From Candidatus Aphodovivens excrementavium (GTDB taxonomy: Bacteria; Actinomycetota; Coriobacteriia; Coriobacteriales; Eggerthellaceae), in NCBI GenBank assembly GCA_018715935.1, contig DVKR01000017.1:4125-68124 (forward strand): a DNA stretch of 64,000 nucleotides, given 5' to 3'. This document shows positions 43,906 through 54,899 of this stretch, in pieces. Positions within the stretch are counted from its first letter, which is position 1. Each line of letters starts with the position of its first letter. The translations under genes and the position numbers were made by a program. The notes under the pieces are model-generated. The model had not been told where the DNA came from. It did not search any database and saw only the letters and a program-made list of their open reading frames with translations.

Positions 43906-44999
43906 TGGTGAACATCCCGGGCGAGCAGGAGTACGGCGTTCGCATAGGGTCGGGCATTGTGCCGGGGCTGGGAAAGCAGGTTGCGCGCGCGTGTGGCGTG
44001 GAAGGCGCGGGGCGCGCTTTGGTGATAACCGACTCGAACGTTGCGCCGCTGTATCGCGATGCGGTGCGCGCATCCCTTGCGCAAGCGGAATTCCGCGTGA
44101 GCGACATTGTGGTGCCTGCGGGCGAGGAGTCGAAGTCCATCGAGGTCTTGGGTGAGATCTGGGAGGCCATGGCTCAGCTGAAGCTCGAGCGCGACTGCGT
44201 GGTGGTTGCGCTTGGCGGCGGCGTGATAGGCGATCTTGCGGGGTTTGCGGGCGCCACCTACATGCGGGGCGTAACGGTGGTGCAGGCTCCCACCACGCTT
44301 TTGGCAATGGTTGATTCTTCGGTTGGGGGCAAGACCGCCATCAACCTAGAAGCGGGGAAAAACCTGGTGGGAGCGTTCAAGCAGCCGGTTCATGTGTGCG
44401 CCGACACCGACACGCTTGCCACCCTGCCCGAGCGCGAGTGGCGCTGCGGGTGCGCAGAGATTGCGAAGTCTTCGGTAATAGATTCCGACGAGTTCTTCTT
44501 TTGGCTCTGCGATCACGCGCAAGAGCTGGCAGCGCGCGACGCCGAGGTGGTTGCCGAGGCGATTGCGCGTTGCGTGGTGTTCAAGGCAGATGTCGTGGCC
44601 GCCGACAAGACGGAAAGCAAGGGCGTGCGCGAATGCCTCAACTACGGGCACACTTTGGGCCATGCAATCGAAACGCTGGCAGGGTTTGGCACCTTTACGC
44701 ATGGCGAGGGCGTTGCGGAAGGCATGCGCTTTGCGGCGCGCATGGCGTGCGAGCTGGTGGGCGCATCGCCCGATTTCGTTGAGGCTCAAGGCCAGCTCCT
44801 TGATGCGCTTGGACTGCCTGAGCTTGCCTGGTCTGCTTCCCCTCAAAGCATTCTCGACGCGATGAAATGCGACAAGAAGGCGCGCAAGGGGCAGGTGCGC
44901 TTCGTGCTGCCGCGCGATGTGGGAGATTGGGAGCTGGTGGAACTTGACGACGCCACGGTTCTTGCGCATCTCCAAAAGTGGGTTGAAGAGAAAGGCTGA
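43890..44999 (+). CDS. aroB: 3-dehydroquinate synthase
   Basis: [83 protein letters not shown]. The GTG start overlaps the aroK end. Confidence 0.9.
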   Translation: MATKIVVNIPGEQEYGVRIGSGIVPGLGKQVARACGVEGAGRALVITDSNVAPLYRDAVRASLAQAEFRVSDIVVPAGEESKSIEVLGEIWEAMAQLKLERDCVVVALGGGVIGDLAGFAGATYMRGVTVVQAPTTLLAMVDSSVGGKTAINLEAGKNLVGAFKQPVHVCADTDTLATLPEREWRCGCAEIAKSSVIDSDEFFFWLCDHAQELAARDAEVVAEAIARCVVFKADVVAADKTESKGVRECLNYGHTLGHAIETLAGFGTFTHGEGVAEGMRFAARMACELVGASPDFVEAQGQLLDALGLPELAWSASPQSILDAMKCDKKARKGQVRFVLPRDVGDWELVELDDATVLAHLQKWVEEKG

Positions 45000-45010
45000 G
45001 CGGCTGGGGT

Positions 45011-45442
45011 ATGGAAAAGATACTGCTTTTGAACGGCCCGAATCTCGACATGTTGGGAATTCGCGAGCCTGAGGTCTACGGGCGCGACACCCTCGAGTCT
45101 ATCGAGGCGGAGGTGGTTGCCTACGGCGCCGAGCGGGGCGTTGAGGTGGATTGCTTCCAGTCGAATCACGAAGGCGTGCTCATCGACAAGATTCATGAAG
45201 CGCACTGGCACTACGATGGCATCATCTACAATCCGGGCGCTCACACGCATTACTCGTATGCGCTGCGCGATGCGGTGGCGTCAATTGACGCTCCGGTAGT
45301 GGAGGTGCATCTTTCCGACATCAACGCACGCGAGCCGTTTCGCGCGGTTTCCGTCATAGAGCCGGTGTGCGTTGCCCAAATAAAGGGAAAAGGAAAGCAG
45401 GGCTACAAAGACGCGTTGGACATTTTGGTTTCGCGCGACTGA
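45011..45442 (+). CDS. aroQ: Type II 3-dehydroquinate dehydratase
   Basis: [51 protein letters not shown]......[15 protein letters not shown]. Confidence 0.95.
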   Translation: MEKILLLNGPNLDMLGIREPEVYGRDTLESIEAEVVAYGAERGVEVDCFQSNHEGVLIDKIHEAHWHYDGIIYNPGAHTHYSYALRDAVASIDAPVVEVHLSDINAREPFRAVSVIEPVCVAQIKGKGKQGYKDALDILVSRD

Positions 45443-45467
45443 CGGAGCAGAAAGCGGAGTGCGCATC

Positions 45468-46634
45468 ATGGAGAAAGAAAGGCTCGCAAAGCTGCGTCGT
45501 GCATGTTTGGAAGAGGGTCTCGATGCGTTCCTTGTGCGAGGGACCTCCAACATCTTTTGGCTTTCCTGCTTCGATGGCGTGTTCGACGAAGAGCGAGCCC
45601 ATGCGTTGCTGATTGGGGCGCACGAAGCGAAGCTACATACCGATTCCCGTTACAGCGAGGCTGCGCGACAGGCGGCAGAAGGTGCCGGCGGTGCAATTGC
45701 TGTGACCGACGAGCGCGTGACGCACGCGAAGTTCACGGCAGCGGCTCTGGCGGCGCATGACGCACGCGTGGCGCGTGACGCGTCCGGCGCGAGCGACGAG
45801 CGCGGCACGCGCGCCTTGGCGCCCTTGCGTCTTGGAATCGAAGACGACCTGCTGCTTCGGGAGTTCCGTGCGTTGGAGGCGGCGTGCGCCGAAGCGGACC
45901 GGGCAATTGAGCTTCAAGAAACGTCGGGGTTTGTAGAGAGGCTCCGATCGGTTAAAGACCGCAACGAGGTGGAGCGAATGCGCGCAGCGCAGGAAGTCAC
46001 CGACGCGGCTTTCTTACACATCGTTTCCTTCATGAAACCCGGCATGACCGAACGCGAGGTTCAAATCGAGCTGGACGACTATCTGCGCCGGCAGGGCGCG
46101 CAAGACCTTGCGTTTCCCTCTATCGTGGCAACGGGCGCGCATGCTGCGAGCCCGCATGCCGTTCCGGGGGACACGAAGCTTGAGGCAGGGCAATGCGTGG
46201 TCATGGACTTCGGCGCCAAAGTGTCGGGTTATTGCTCCGACATGACGCGCACGGTGTTCTTGGGCAGCCCGAGCGCGCGCATGTGCGAGGCTTATTCGGC
46301 CATTCGTCAAGCGAATGAGCAGGTGGAAGCTCTCTTGCGGCCGGGCGTTACCGGAAGGGAGGCTCATGAGCTGGCGGAGAGGATACTGGCGGAGCATGGC
46401 TTCGCCGGCAAAATGGGGCATGCGCTTGGGCACAGCGTAGGCATCGATATCCACGAAGATCCCGTGTTGGCGCCAAGAAACGAAACGCCTTTGGTCGCGG
46501 GCAATGTGGTAACCGTAGAGCCGGGCGTGTATCTGTCCGGCGAGTTTGGGATGCGCCTGGAGGATTTTGGCGTGATTACCGAACAGGGCTTCGATGTCTT
46601 CACGAAATCCACGCATGAAATGGTTATACTGTAA
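45468..46634 (+). CDS. M24 family Xaa-Pro aminopeptidase
   Basis: Creatinase-like N-terminal domain, then FPSIVATGAHAASPHAVPG...L..G..V.MDFGA...GYCSDMTRT, HALGHSVGIDIHE.P, VVTVEPG.Y..G.FG.R.ED. ATG 45468 is preferred; the ORF track starts at GTG 45459. Confidence 0.85.
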   Translation: MEKERLAKLRRACLEEGLDAFLVRGTSNIFWLSCFDGVFDEERAHALLIGAHEAKLHTDSRYSEAARQAAEGAGGAIAVTDERVTHAKFTAAALAAHDARVARDASGASDERGTRALAPLRLGIEDDLLLREFRALEAACAEADRAIELQETSGFVERLRSVKDRNEVERMRAAQEVTDAAFLHIVSFMKPGMTEREVQIELDDYLRRQGAQDLAFPSIVATGAHAASPHAVPGDTKLEAGQCVVMDFGAKVSGYCSDMTRTVFLGSPSARMCEAYSAIRQANEQVEALLRPGVTGREAHELAERILAEHGFAGKMGHALGHSVGIDIHEDPVLAPRNETPLVAGNVVTVEPGVYLSGEFGMRLEDFGVITEQGFDVFTKSTHEMVIL

Positions 46635-46694
46635 CGGTTTGGCACAAGACCGGGCGCGAGGGGTGCACCCGGTGGTTTGAAAGGAATAACAAGC

Positions 46695-47255
46695 ATGGCA
46701 ATCTCCACCGCCGATTTTAAGAACGGCATGTGCATCGACTACAACAACAAGCTGTGGACCATCGTTGAGTTTCAGCATGTAAAGCCGGGCAAGGGCGGCG
46801 CTTTTGTGCGCACCAAGCTGAAGGATATCCGTTCCGGTCGCGTGGTCGACTATACGTTCAACTCCGGCACCAAGTTCGATTCTGTTCGCCTGGAGACGAA
46901 AAAGCTCCAGTACCTCTACAACGACGGCGCTGACTACTGGTTGATGGACAACGACACCTATGAGCAGATTTCCGTTCCCTCCGAGACGGTGGGCGAGGCT
47001 GCCAAGTGGCTGAAGGAGAACGACGAGGCAACGCTTCTGTATGCGGGCGACGAGCTTATTAGCATCGAGCCCCAGATGTTCGTCGAGCTGGAAGTTACCG
47101 AAACCGAGCCTGGCTTCAAGGGCGACACCGCCACCAACACCACCAAGCCCGCAACGCTGGAAACCGGCACCACCATTCAGGTTCCCACCTATGTGGGCAT
47201 TGGCGACATTCTGCAAATCGACACGCGTGACGGCCATTTCGTGAAGCGCGTGTAG
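46695..47255 (+). CDS. efp: Elongation factor P
   Basis: MAISTADFKNGMCIDYNNKLWTIVEFQHVKPGKGGAFVRTKLKDIRSGRV. Confidence 0.95.
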   Translation: MAISTADFKNGMCIDYNNKLWTIVEFQHVKPGKGGAFVRTKLKDIRSGRVVDYTFNSGTKFDSVRLETKKLQYLYNDGADYWLMDNDTYEQISVPSETVGEAAKWLKENDEATLLYAGDELISIEPQMFVELEVTETEPGFKGDTATNTTKPATLETGTTIQVPTYVGIGDILQIDTRDGHFVKRV

Positions 47256-47309
47256 CGCGCCTCTGGCGAAAAACGCGACGCCGGTACGCCGGCTATATTC
47301 GCTGATCGA

Positions 47310-47342
47310 GCGGGGAGAGGGCATGCCTTCTCCCCGCTTTTT
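47310..47342 (+). terminator. Intrinsic terminator after efp
   Basis: The cggggaga / tctccccg stem (47311-18/47329-36) with GC-rich inner pairs, followed by ctttttgttt. Confidence 0.75.
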
Positions 47343-47344
47343 GT

Positions 47345-47515
47345 TTAGGAGGAAACGTCGCCTTGGGGGTAATGGCGCAAGAGGGAAACAGCACTTTTGG
47401 GCGTGGCGCAAGAGGCATACGACACCCTGGAACGTGATGGCATAAGAAGCCAGCGGCGCTTTGGAGCGTGACGGGTTTAGAGGGCAAAAGCGCCGTGGGG
47501 CGTGACGGCTTTGCT
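47345..47515. repeat. Degenerate tandem array, 5-6 units of about 31-34 bp
   Basis: Units start near 47347, 47373, 47404, 47435, 47469 and 47500. Units 1 and 2 match at 22 of 31 positions (tggcgcaagagg..c.cac..t.g..cg). Later units are more diverged (tga[ct]gg... / ...gg[ag][ag]cg). No ORF covers the array on the plus strand. Confidence 0.55.
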
Positions 47516-47519
47516 CGCG

Positions 47520-49280
47520 CTATTCGTGTTTGCCCGTTCGCTTCTCGATGATGGCGCGCCGCCGCTCGCGCTCTGCGCGCACCTCGCTCGGACGAACGCG
47601 CTCTTCGCCAGGATGCGCGCCCGCTTCGGCTCCTGCGGCGGCTTGCGTTGCGGCCTCGGCCTCTGCTTCTTTTCTGTCGCGCGACATCTGCATGCGGATG
47701 CGCAGGTATTCCCACACAAGCAGCACGAGCAAAATGGACATGACGATAAGGTAGCTGATGATAGCGCCCGGAAGCCCGGTAAAGCTTATGAGCAACAGCG
47801 GGATGAACAGCGAGAAGCCAAACGTGACAAGATAGAGCTTCATCACCGAGCCCTGCTTGCGCAGCACGGTAACGATCTGATACAGAAAGTCTATCGCCGC
47901 CGTTACGCCGCCTGCTGCAACCATGATCAGGCTTAATCCGCGGTATTCCGTGAAGTCCAATCCGTACAAAAAGCCGAGAATGGGAATGCCCACCGTGCTC
48001 ATGATGGCCATAAGGCCAAGGGTAACCGCCAAAACGAACAGCAGCATGGCAACGATGATGATGTCAAAGCGCTTCCGCTTGGCCTGGGCCCACACGTTGG
48101 CGAGGCGCACCAGCTGCGGCTTGTAGACCACCTGCACGGTAAGCAGCAGCGCATGCGCCGGGAAGTACAGCGCGTTGAAGTAAAGCTGGTTGTCGTAGGA
48201 CAGCGTGCCCTCCATGACGAACTTGGGCATGTTGTCGATAAGGTTGTACATGAACAGCGCGATAAACAGCGGGAAGCATTCTTTGAACAGTTCGACAACG
48301 CTGCCTAAGCGCAACCGGCGCGATTTGGGGGTTTCCAAGAACGCCAGCGGAAGCGTAAGCACCAAAAACGACACCGCCGCCGCAACCGCCATGGCGATGC
48401 TTGCCGCAGCGAGGTTGCGCGTAAGGAACAAAAACAAAGAGAAGATGACGATGGCGATAACGGAGCGAAACGCCTGGGAAATGCCGGCAAGATACAATTT
48501 ATCGGCCTGCTGCAGGCGCCCTTCGTAGACGTCGGCGAGCGCGTCGATCATTTTGTAGGAATACACGCCCATGCAGATAAGGAACATCGCGCTGTCGTAG
48601 CCGCGCAGCATGCAGTAGGCGTATCCAGCAACCATCATGATGACGCAGGTCAGAATGCGGTTGAGCTGGTAGTCGGAGAAGGAGTGCTTCTCGTTGAGGT
48701 CGGAAAGCTGGTAGGTGCGCACGCCGTAGTTGCCCACGAACATGAGCAGCAAGCCGGTAACGAACGCCATGGAGAACATGCCTGCCTGCTCGGCGCCAAC
48801 TAGTTGGGTGCATACGATGGTGAGCAGGGGGAACACCATGCCCCACGCGCCGGTGCCAATTGAGTTCCATACGTAGTCGCGCGACGTGCGATGCGACGCG
48901 TACATGTCGCGCTGATCGTCCACCTTGCCTTCCATGACAACGTCGAGGAGGCGATCCCACCAGCTTCCTATGGCGCGTGCAAGGAAATTGGGCTTATGGG
49001 TGCGGGCGTGTTTTTCGCCCCGTCGGCCGAAAGGGCTTCTTCGCGAGGACGTGGGCGCGTACGGTTCGTCGTCCGCGGCGGCGTTTCGCGTAGGGCGAGA
49101 TGTGCCAAGAGGCAAATACGTTGCCGGCATGCCTTGGTTTTGCGGAGTTGTTTGGTGGGAGGGGCTTTTCTGCTGCGGCTCTTCTTGTCTTCGCGCATGG
49201 GCGCCAAGAGGACGTCGTGTTTGCTGGGCAGCGTGTTTGCGGTGCGTGCTCTGTTGCGGGTTATTGTGTAAATCCGACAT
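47520..49280 (-). CDS. MOP-superfamily polysaccharide/oligosaccharide flippase (Wzx/MurJ-like) with disordered N- and C-terminal extensions
   Basis: About 12-14 TM segments after a ~110-aa Pro/Arg/Gln-rich N-terminus, then a charged C-terminal tail. The family call rests on topology and composition only. Confidence 0.65.
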   Translation of the reverse strand: MSDLHNNPQQSTHRKHAAQQTRRPLGAHARRQEEPQQKSPSHQTTPQNQGMPATYLPLGTSRPTRNAAADDEPYAPTSSRRSPFGRRGEKHARTHKPNFLARAIGSWWDRLLDVVMEGKVDDQRDMYASHRTSRDYVWNSIGTGAWGMVFPLLTIVCTQLVGAEQAGMFSMAFVTGLLLMFVGNYGVRTYQLSDLNEKHSFSDYQLNRILTCVIMMVAGYAYCMLRGYDSAMFLICMGVYSYKMIDALADVYEGRLQQADKLYLAGISQAFRSVIAIVIFSLFLFLTRNLAAASIAMAVAAAVSFLVLTLPLAFLETPKSRRLRLGSVVELFKECFPLFIALFMYNLIDNMPKFVMEGTLSYDNQLYFNALYFPAHALLLTVQVVYKPQLVRLANVWAQAKRKRFDIIIVAMLLFVLAVTLGLMAIMSTVGIPILGFLYGLDFTEYRGLSLIMVAAGGVTAAIDFLYQIVTVLRKQGSVMKLYLVTFGFSLFIPLLLISFTGLPGAIISYLIVMSILLVLLVWEYLRIRMQMSRDRKEAEAEAATQAAAGAEAGAHPGEERVRPSEVRAERERRRAIIEKRTGKHE

Positions 49281-49802
49281 ACAGCCGTGCGGCGCGCGCC
49301 GCCAACCTCCTTCAAGTAAAGCGGCCTACTTGCCGCGTTTTCTGTGCGCCTGTGATTATACCGTCATGCGCTTGTGCCCAACATACCCAACACGATGATG
49401 CCACACAATCGTTTACGGAAAGGCTAAAGAGCGGTGGTTCTACGTCGCGAAGGCCTGCAAAGCCCGGTATTCGTTTTGGTGGGGGTTGGGCGCGTGCCCT
49501 CTTGCTCGACCGCATGTCCAGAAATGTGCGAAATCGTCCGTAATGCAGGCTCTTTGCTTCGAAAAGGCAACATCAGCCCTTATAATGAGGCGTTGCGACA
49601 ATTGATGCGCGGGAAGTGCCTCGAAAACGCGTGTGCGCGGCGGCTCTGCGGGGCGCGGGCTCCTGCGGCACGGGAGAGCGTGCCGCATACGGGCGTAGCG
49701 GCAGCAGGCGGCGTAGCAGCACGCGCAGGTTTTCCCAAACGCATTGAGACAGATTCGTGTCAGAGGTATTCCTTATGACACCCGGTGAAGAAAGCTGTGG
49801 CC

Positions 49803-52373
49803 ATGAAACCGTACAATCCGCATGAACTAGAACCTCGGTGGCAGAAGGTTTGGGAAGAAACCGGCCAAAACAAGGTTCAGGAAGACACCTCCAAGCCGAA
49901 GAAGTACGTGCTCGAGATGTTTCCGTATCCTTCGGGCGATTTGCATATGGGGCATGTGAGCAACTACACCTATGGCGACGTGATTGCCCGTTATTCGCGC
50001 ATGCGCGGTTTTAACGTGCTGCATCCCATGGGCTGGGACGCCTTTGGCCTGCCGGCGGAAAACGCGGCTATCAAACATCACAGCCATCCGGCAAAGTGGA
50101 CCTACAGCAACATTGAGACCCAGAAGGAAAGCTTTAAGCGTCTGGGCTGCTCTTACGACTGGGACCGCACCGTGGTTGCCTGCGATCCGGAATACTATCG
50201 CTGGGGCCAGTGGATTTTCCTGCAGTTCTGGAAGCGCGGTTTGGTGGAACGCCGCAACAGCCCGGTGAACTGGTGCCCGGGTTGTAAGACGGTGCTTGCA
50301 AACGAGCAGGTGACTGAGGGCCGCTGCTGGCGCTGCGACTCTGAGGTGGAGAAGCGCGACCTCACGCAATGGTATTTCAAGATCACCGATTACGCGCAGG
50401 AGCTTTTGGACGATCTCGACCAGCTGGACGGGTGGCCCGAGCGCGTCAAGCAGCAGCAGGCAAACTGGATTGGCCGTTCTGAGGGAGCCGAGGTCGACTT
50501 CACGTTGGTTCCGCTGTCCGGCGAGGCCGAGGACGCCGAGCCCGTCACGATCACCGTGTTCACGACGCGTGCCGACACCCTGTTCGGGTGCAGCTTCTTC
50601 GTGCTGGCGCCCGAGTACGCCGGTTTGCACGACCTGGTGGCGGGCACCGAGCGCGAGCAGGAGGTCATGGAGTTTGCCGAGGCAGCCAAAAAGGTCAGTG
50701 CCGTCGAGCGAGCCCAGGGCGACCGCGAGAAGCACGGCGTGTTCACCGGACGTTACGTGATCAACCCCGTTAACGGCGAGCAGGTGCCCGTATGGGTTGC
50801 CGACTACGTGGTGGCCGACTACGGCACCGGCGCGGTAATGGCCGTGCCCTGCGGAGACCAGCGCGACTTCGAGTTCGCACGAAAGTACGACCTGCCTATC
50901 ATCCCCATCATCTTGGGTGAGGACGACCCCCTGTATCCCCAGCTCAAAGACGAGCAGGGTCGTGTCGTCACGACGGTAGACTGGGATGCGGCCTATGCCG
51001 CCGAAGGCATTCTTGTTCAGTCGGGCAAATACACCGGAATGGTGGGCGGCAAACACTCGGCAGGCGAAGAGGCCATCGTTGCCGACCTTGAAGCCGCCGG
51101 TACGGGTCGTCGCAAGGTGGAGTTCCGTTTGCGCGACTGGCTTATCAGCCGTCAGCGCTATTGGGGCAACCCCATCCCGGCGATCCATTGTGAGCATTGC
51201 GGCGTGGTGCCGGTTCCCGAAGAAGATCTGCCGGTGCTGCTGCCGGAGAACATCGACCTCGCTGCAGGCGAAACGCTGGCAACGCACGAGGAGTTCGCCA
51301 AGTGCACGTGCCCTGTTTGCGGTGCTCCGGCGCGCCGCGAGACCGACACGATGGATACGTTCACGTGCTCAAGCTGGTACTACATGCGCTACACCGACCC
51401 GCACAACGACCAGGCGCCGTTCGATTCCGAAAAGGCGAACCATTGGCTGCCGGTCGACCAGTACATCGGCGGCATCGAGCATGCGATCCTGCATCTGCTC
51501 TACAGCCGCTTTTTCACCAAGGTTTTGCGCGATGCGGGCTTGCTGAACTTTGACGAGCCGTTCAAGAACCTGCTGTGCCAGGGCATGGTGCTCGATTCCC
51601 ATGGCGAGGTCATGAGCAAGTCGAAGGGCAACGTGGTGTCTCCGGAGGAGATGATCGAGGGCTACGGTGCCGATGCCGTGCGTGCCACCATGCTGTTCAT
51701 GGGACCTCCCGACAAAGAGAAGCTGTGGAACGAAGACGGCCTTGCGGGCATCTACAAGTTCCTGAATCGCGTGTGGCGTCAGGTGAACGATCTGTGTGGG
51801 ACGGCCGATGGCGAAACGCTGTTCGGCGGCAAGGAACTTTCCTCTGACGAAGTCCACGAGGTGGCGAAGACCGTGCTGCGCGAACGTCATCGTGTAGTGG
51901 GCAAGGTGGCCGACGACTTCGACCGCAACAACTTCAACACGGCAATTGCGGCAATTATGGAGCTTTCCAACGCGGTGGGAGACTATCTGCGCAAAACGTC
52001 GCTCGACCAGCGCCGTTCCTGCGATCACGCAAAGGCGTTCGATGCCGATTTGGCTGAGACGCTGGTAAAGCTTTTGGCTCCTATCGCACCGCATTGGGCT
52101 GAAGAGCTGTGGCATGCCGTGCTGGGACGCGAGACCTCGGTTCATTCGGAGGCGTGGCCCGAGTTCGACCCCGAGCTTGCCAAGGCCGACGAAGTTGAGC
52201 TTGCCGTTCAGGTTAACGGCAAGGTGAAGGCCCGCATCACGGTTGCCTCCGATGCGCCCGAAGACGAAGTGCGCGCCGCAGGCCTTGCCGCCGTTGAATC
52301 CGCCATCGCTGGCAAAGAAGTCAAAAAGGCCATCGTGGTTCCTGGTCGTCTTGTGAATGTGGTGGCGAAATAG
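49803..52373 (+). CDS. leuS: Leucine--tRNA ligase
   Basis: [44 protein letters not shown], a CP1 editing domain, [10 protein letters not shown]. Confidence 0.95.
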   Translation: MKPYNPHELEPRWQKVWEETGQNKVQEDTSKPKKYVLEMFPYPSGDLHMGHVSNYTYGDVIARYSRMRGFNVLHPMGWDAFGLPAENAAIKHHSHPAKWTYSNIETQKESFKRLGCSYDWDRTVVACDPEYYRWGQWIFLQFWKRGLVERRNSPVNWCPGCKTVLANEQVTEGRCWRCDSEVEKRDLTQWYFKITDYAQELLDDLDQLDGWPERVKQQQANWIGRSEGAEVDFTLVPLSGEAEDAEPVTITVFTTRADTLFGCSFFVLAPEYAGLHDLVAGTEREQEVMEFAEAAKKVSAVERAQGDREKHGVFTGRYVINPVNGEQVPVWVADYVVADYGTGAVMAVPCGDQRDFEFARKYDLPIIPIILGEDDPLYPQLKDEQGRVVTTVDWDAAYAAEGILVQSGKYTGMVGGKHSAGEEAIVADLEAAGTGRRKVEFRLRDWLISRQRYWGNPIPAIHCEHCGVVPVPEEDLPVLLPENIDLAAGETLATHEEFAKCTCPVCGAPARRETDTMDTFTCSSWYYMRYTDPHNDQAPFDSEKANHWLPVDQYIGGIEHAILHLLYSRFFTKVLRDAGLLNFDEPFKNLLCQGMVLDSHGEVMSKSKGNVVSPEEMIEGYGADAVRATMLFMGPPDKEKLWNEDGLAGIYKFLNRVWRQVNDLCGTADGETLFGGKELSSDEVHEVAKTVLRERHRVVGKVADDFDRNNFNTAIAAIMELSNAVGDYLRKTSLDQRRSCDHAKAFDADLAETLVKLLAPIAPHWAEELWHAVLGRETSVHSEAWPEFDPELAKADEVELAVQVNGKVKARITVASDAPEDEVRAAGLAAVESAIAGKEVKKAIVVPGRLVNVVAK

Positions 52374-52418
52374 GAGCGCCGTTGGCCTGCCAGCTAACGA
52401 AGCGCTCTCGCTGATTTT

Positions 52419-53282
52419 TTGCTTTGTCTCGGAGGTTTTGGGGAAGTTGTGGATGCCGCCGGAGTACATACTATCGCTCTGACTGTCGCCTACGACGGGG
52501 CTCCGTTTTGCGGGTTTGCGCGGCAACCGGGTCAGCTGACGGTGCAGGGCTCGATCGAGCAGGCGCTGCACACGCTGTATCGTCGCGATATCGAGACGGT
52601 GTGCGCAGGCCGCACCGATGCGGGCGTTCACGCTCGCGGCCAGGTGGTGAGTTTCGATCTTGACGACGAAGAAATTACTCAGCGGTCGGCGCACGGCCTC
52701 AAGCGCTCCCTTAACGCCTTGGTTGACGACCGCATTGCGGTTTCTGCCGTCCAGGAGGCGCAGGCGGGCTTTTCTGCGCGATTCGATGCGGTTGAGCGGG
52801 AGTATCGCTACTTCATATTCACGGGCGACTGGCGTCCGGTGCTGCTAGCAGGCCGCGTGTGGCATCTGGCAAAGCCGCTCGATTTAGACGCCATGCGCGC
52901 GGGTGCGGCGCATTTGATTGGCGAGCACGACTTCAAAAGCTTTTGCATGGCCGCATCGGCTGTTGGAAAGCCAACGCACCGATACGTTGCGGAAATCGAT
53001 ATCGAGCAAACGGTGCTTTTGGGGGAATCGGACGTGGTATGCGTTCGCGTGAAGGGCAACGCCTTCCTGCATTCGATGGTGCGCACTATCGTGGGTACCC
53101 TTGTGGCAGTGGGTCGAGGCCAACGGCAGCCCGAGTGGGTGGCCGAGGTGCTGGCTGCGCACGACCGTCGCGCCGCCGGCGAGAATGCTCCCGCCGAGGG
53201 GCTGTGCTTTTGGCGGGTTGCTTACGCCGGGCCTGGCGGCTCTATTCCCGAACCAGCTGAGTTTGTGGAGGGATGGCGATGA
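52419..53282 (+). CDS. truA: tRNA pseudouridine(38-40) synthase
   Basis: IALTVAYDGAPFCGFARQPG..TVQG.IE.AL.........V..AGRTDAGVHARGQVVSFD, FLHSMVR.IVGTLV.VG.G. The start is uncertain: TTG 52419, or GTG 52449 downstream of GGAGG. Confidence 0.9.
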   Translation: MLCLGGFGEVVDAAGVHTIALTVAYDGAPFCGFARQPGQLTVQGSIEQALHTLYRRDIETVCAGRTDAGVHARGQVVSFDLDDEEITQRSAHGLKRSLNALVDDRIAVSAVQEAQAGFSARFDAVEREYRYFIFTGDWRPVLLAGRVWHLAKPLDLDAMRAGAAHLIGEHDFKSFCMAASAVGKPTHRYVAEIDIEQTVLLGESDVVCVRVKGNAFLHSMVRTIVGTLVAVGRGQRQPEWVAEVLAAHDRRAAGENAPAEGLCFWRVAYAGPGGSIPEPAEFVEGWR

Positions 53283-53524
53283 GCCTGCGCGAAAAGATGG
53301 CACAGCGACGTCAGGCGCGCGAGGCGCAGCGATCCCGAGTCGGCGAGCGTGCGCGGGAGGTTCGCGGCCAGGTGCGCGCGCAGGCGTCTGCGCTCTGCGT
53401 TGCGCCCGGCAAGGCAACTCCCGGTACATTCAGCCGCCTCTACGCCAGCCGTGATGAAGCGCTGCAGGTCTTTGAAGATGCCGAGGGGCACCTGACTTCG
53501 GTTAATGCGGCGCGATTTGCGTGA
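53273..53524 (+). CDS. Small basic hypothetical protein, translationally coupled to truA
   Basis: ATG 53273, or ATG 53279 forming an ATGA overlap with the truA stop. 81-83 aa with an Arg-rich N-terminal half. No recognisable family. Confidence 0.35.
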   Translation: MAMSLREKMAQRRQAREAQRSRVGERAREVRGQVRAQASALCVAPGKATPGTFSRLYASRDEALQVFEDAEGHLTSVNAARFA

Positions 53525-53628
53525 CACGTCGCTTTCGGGTTTTATGCGAGGGCGTGCCGTCGCGCGCTGTCGGCGCAAATGCGCCGCGTCTAACCTATCA
53601 CTTTGCTTCCGCTTGGACGGCGAGGCGA

Positions 53629-54687
53629 TTAAGCCAGCGCGCTTCGCGCCTCGCTTTGCTCCGTCTGTTCCAAGCGCCTGATCGCCCAAGCGATCGCCTT
53701 GCGTACCGGTTCGCGATCCGTCGCGTCGAGCGCACGGCGAAGCGCGGGCAGGTGGGCGGGGTCGCCTGAATTGCCGAGAGCGATGGCGGCGTTGCGCCGG
53801 AAGATGTCGGCGTCCTTGATGTAGTTGTACATGATGGGGCGCACTACCGCTTCGTAGTACTCCTCGTCGAGCTCAAGCACTTTCTCAAGGTCGAACTCCC
53901 GAGCGAGCGTTTCCAGAAAGGCGTCGCGTCTTTGTGGCGCCTGCAACACCGCATGGTTGCGTGGGCAGGCGAGCTGGCATTCATCACATCCGTGGATGCG
54001 CAGCCCCATCTCTTCCCAGATCGTGTCTTGGGCGCCGGGTTCGAACCGCTGGTTGTTGAATAGGATGCAGCGATCCATCAGCAAACGGCGTGGCGCGGCA
54101 ATCGCATGGGTGGGGCACGCCTGGATGCACAGTCCGCAATTGTCGGGGCATTCGCACTGCCAGGTCGGCTCGTCGGGCTCAAGGGCTGTGGTGGTTAAAA
54201 ACGTCACGAGAATGTTGAACGATCCGTCTTCGGGGGTGTAGGCGAAGTTGTTGCGGCCCAGCGTGACCACGCCCGCCTCGGCGCATGCGAGTCGTTGCGG
54301 GATGTTGAACTGGTTGCGGTCCACGACAAGTCCCATCTCCTCAAGCGAGCGCGCAAACGCCTCGATTTGAGCGCCGTGCTGAGCGTTGGCAGGGGGAGTG
54401 TAGGTGCGCGATAGGTAGGCGCGCGCGACCGAAGTCGAAAGGTCGCTCGGATAGGCAATGTCGCTGAACCCCAGCGTTGCGCAAATCACCGACTGCGCGT
54501 CGGGGTTGAGCGTCTTGGTGCGCGCGATCTTGCGCAGCAACGAAGCCTCGGTGCTGGTAAACGGGGCGTAGTCGGGCCGGCCGAGGACTTCTCGCTCGTA
54601 GTCCTCGAAATCATGCACAGGCGCAATGCCCACGTGAGAAAAACCCAGCTCCAAACCTGCGCGCTTGATCCGATCTTCGATCCTCAT
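53629..54687 (-). CDS. queG: tRNA epoxyqueuosine(34) reductase
   Basis: DUF1730-like N-terminus, two 4Fe-4S motifs (CPDNCGLCIQACP, CDECQLACP) and C-terminal HEAT-like repeats (IALGNSGDPAHLPALRRALDATDREPVRKAIAWAI). Confidence 0.85.
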   Translation of the reverse strand: MRIEDRIKRAGLELGFSHVGIAPVHDFEDYEREVLGRPDYAPFTSTEASLLRKIARTKTLNPDAQSVICATLGFSDIAYPSDLSTSVARAYLSRTYTPPANAQHGAQIEAFARSLEEMGLVVDRNQFNIPQRLACAEAGVVTLGRNNFAYTPEDGSFNILVTFLTTTALEPDEPTWQCECPDNCGLCIQACPTHAIAAPRRLLMDRCILFNNQRFEPGAQDTIWEEMGLRIHGCDECQLACPRNHAVLQAPQRRDAFLETLAREFDLEKVLELDEEYYEAVVRPIMYNYIKDADIFRRNAAIALGNSGDPAHLPALRRALDATDREPVRKAIAWAIRRLEQTEQSEARSALA

Positions 54688-54899
54688 AAGACGCCTCCGT
54701 TTCTGCCGGCAGCTATTGCTGTGATTCTACGAACTGCGTCGGGGTGCGTCAATGCGGGTTTCGTTTCTGCTTGATGGGTTTTGTTTCAGCTTGGCTATAA
54801 CCCCAGGGTGCGAATCGCCTCACTCAGAAGCAGTTCCCGCCTTCGCCGAAAAGCGCTACTCTAAGGTAAACGTGTACGCGCAAGCAACGGAGGGGAACC

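Noticed and set aside
47345-47515. Possibility that the tandem array is a CRISPR.
   Set aside because: Units abut directly with no unique spacers, and unit identity decays along the array. There is no leader and no cas gene in the window.
49560-49802. T-box or other leader upstream of leuS (TATAAT at ~49578, ~220-nt 5' UTR).
   Set aside because: No T-box core (GGGUGG.ACCGCG-like) or specifier-loop architecture was found. There are only generic GC hairpins.
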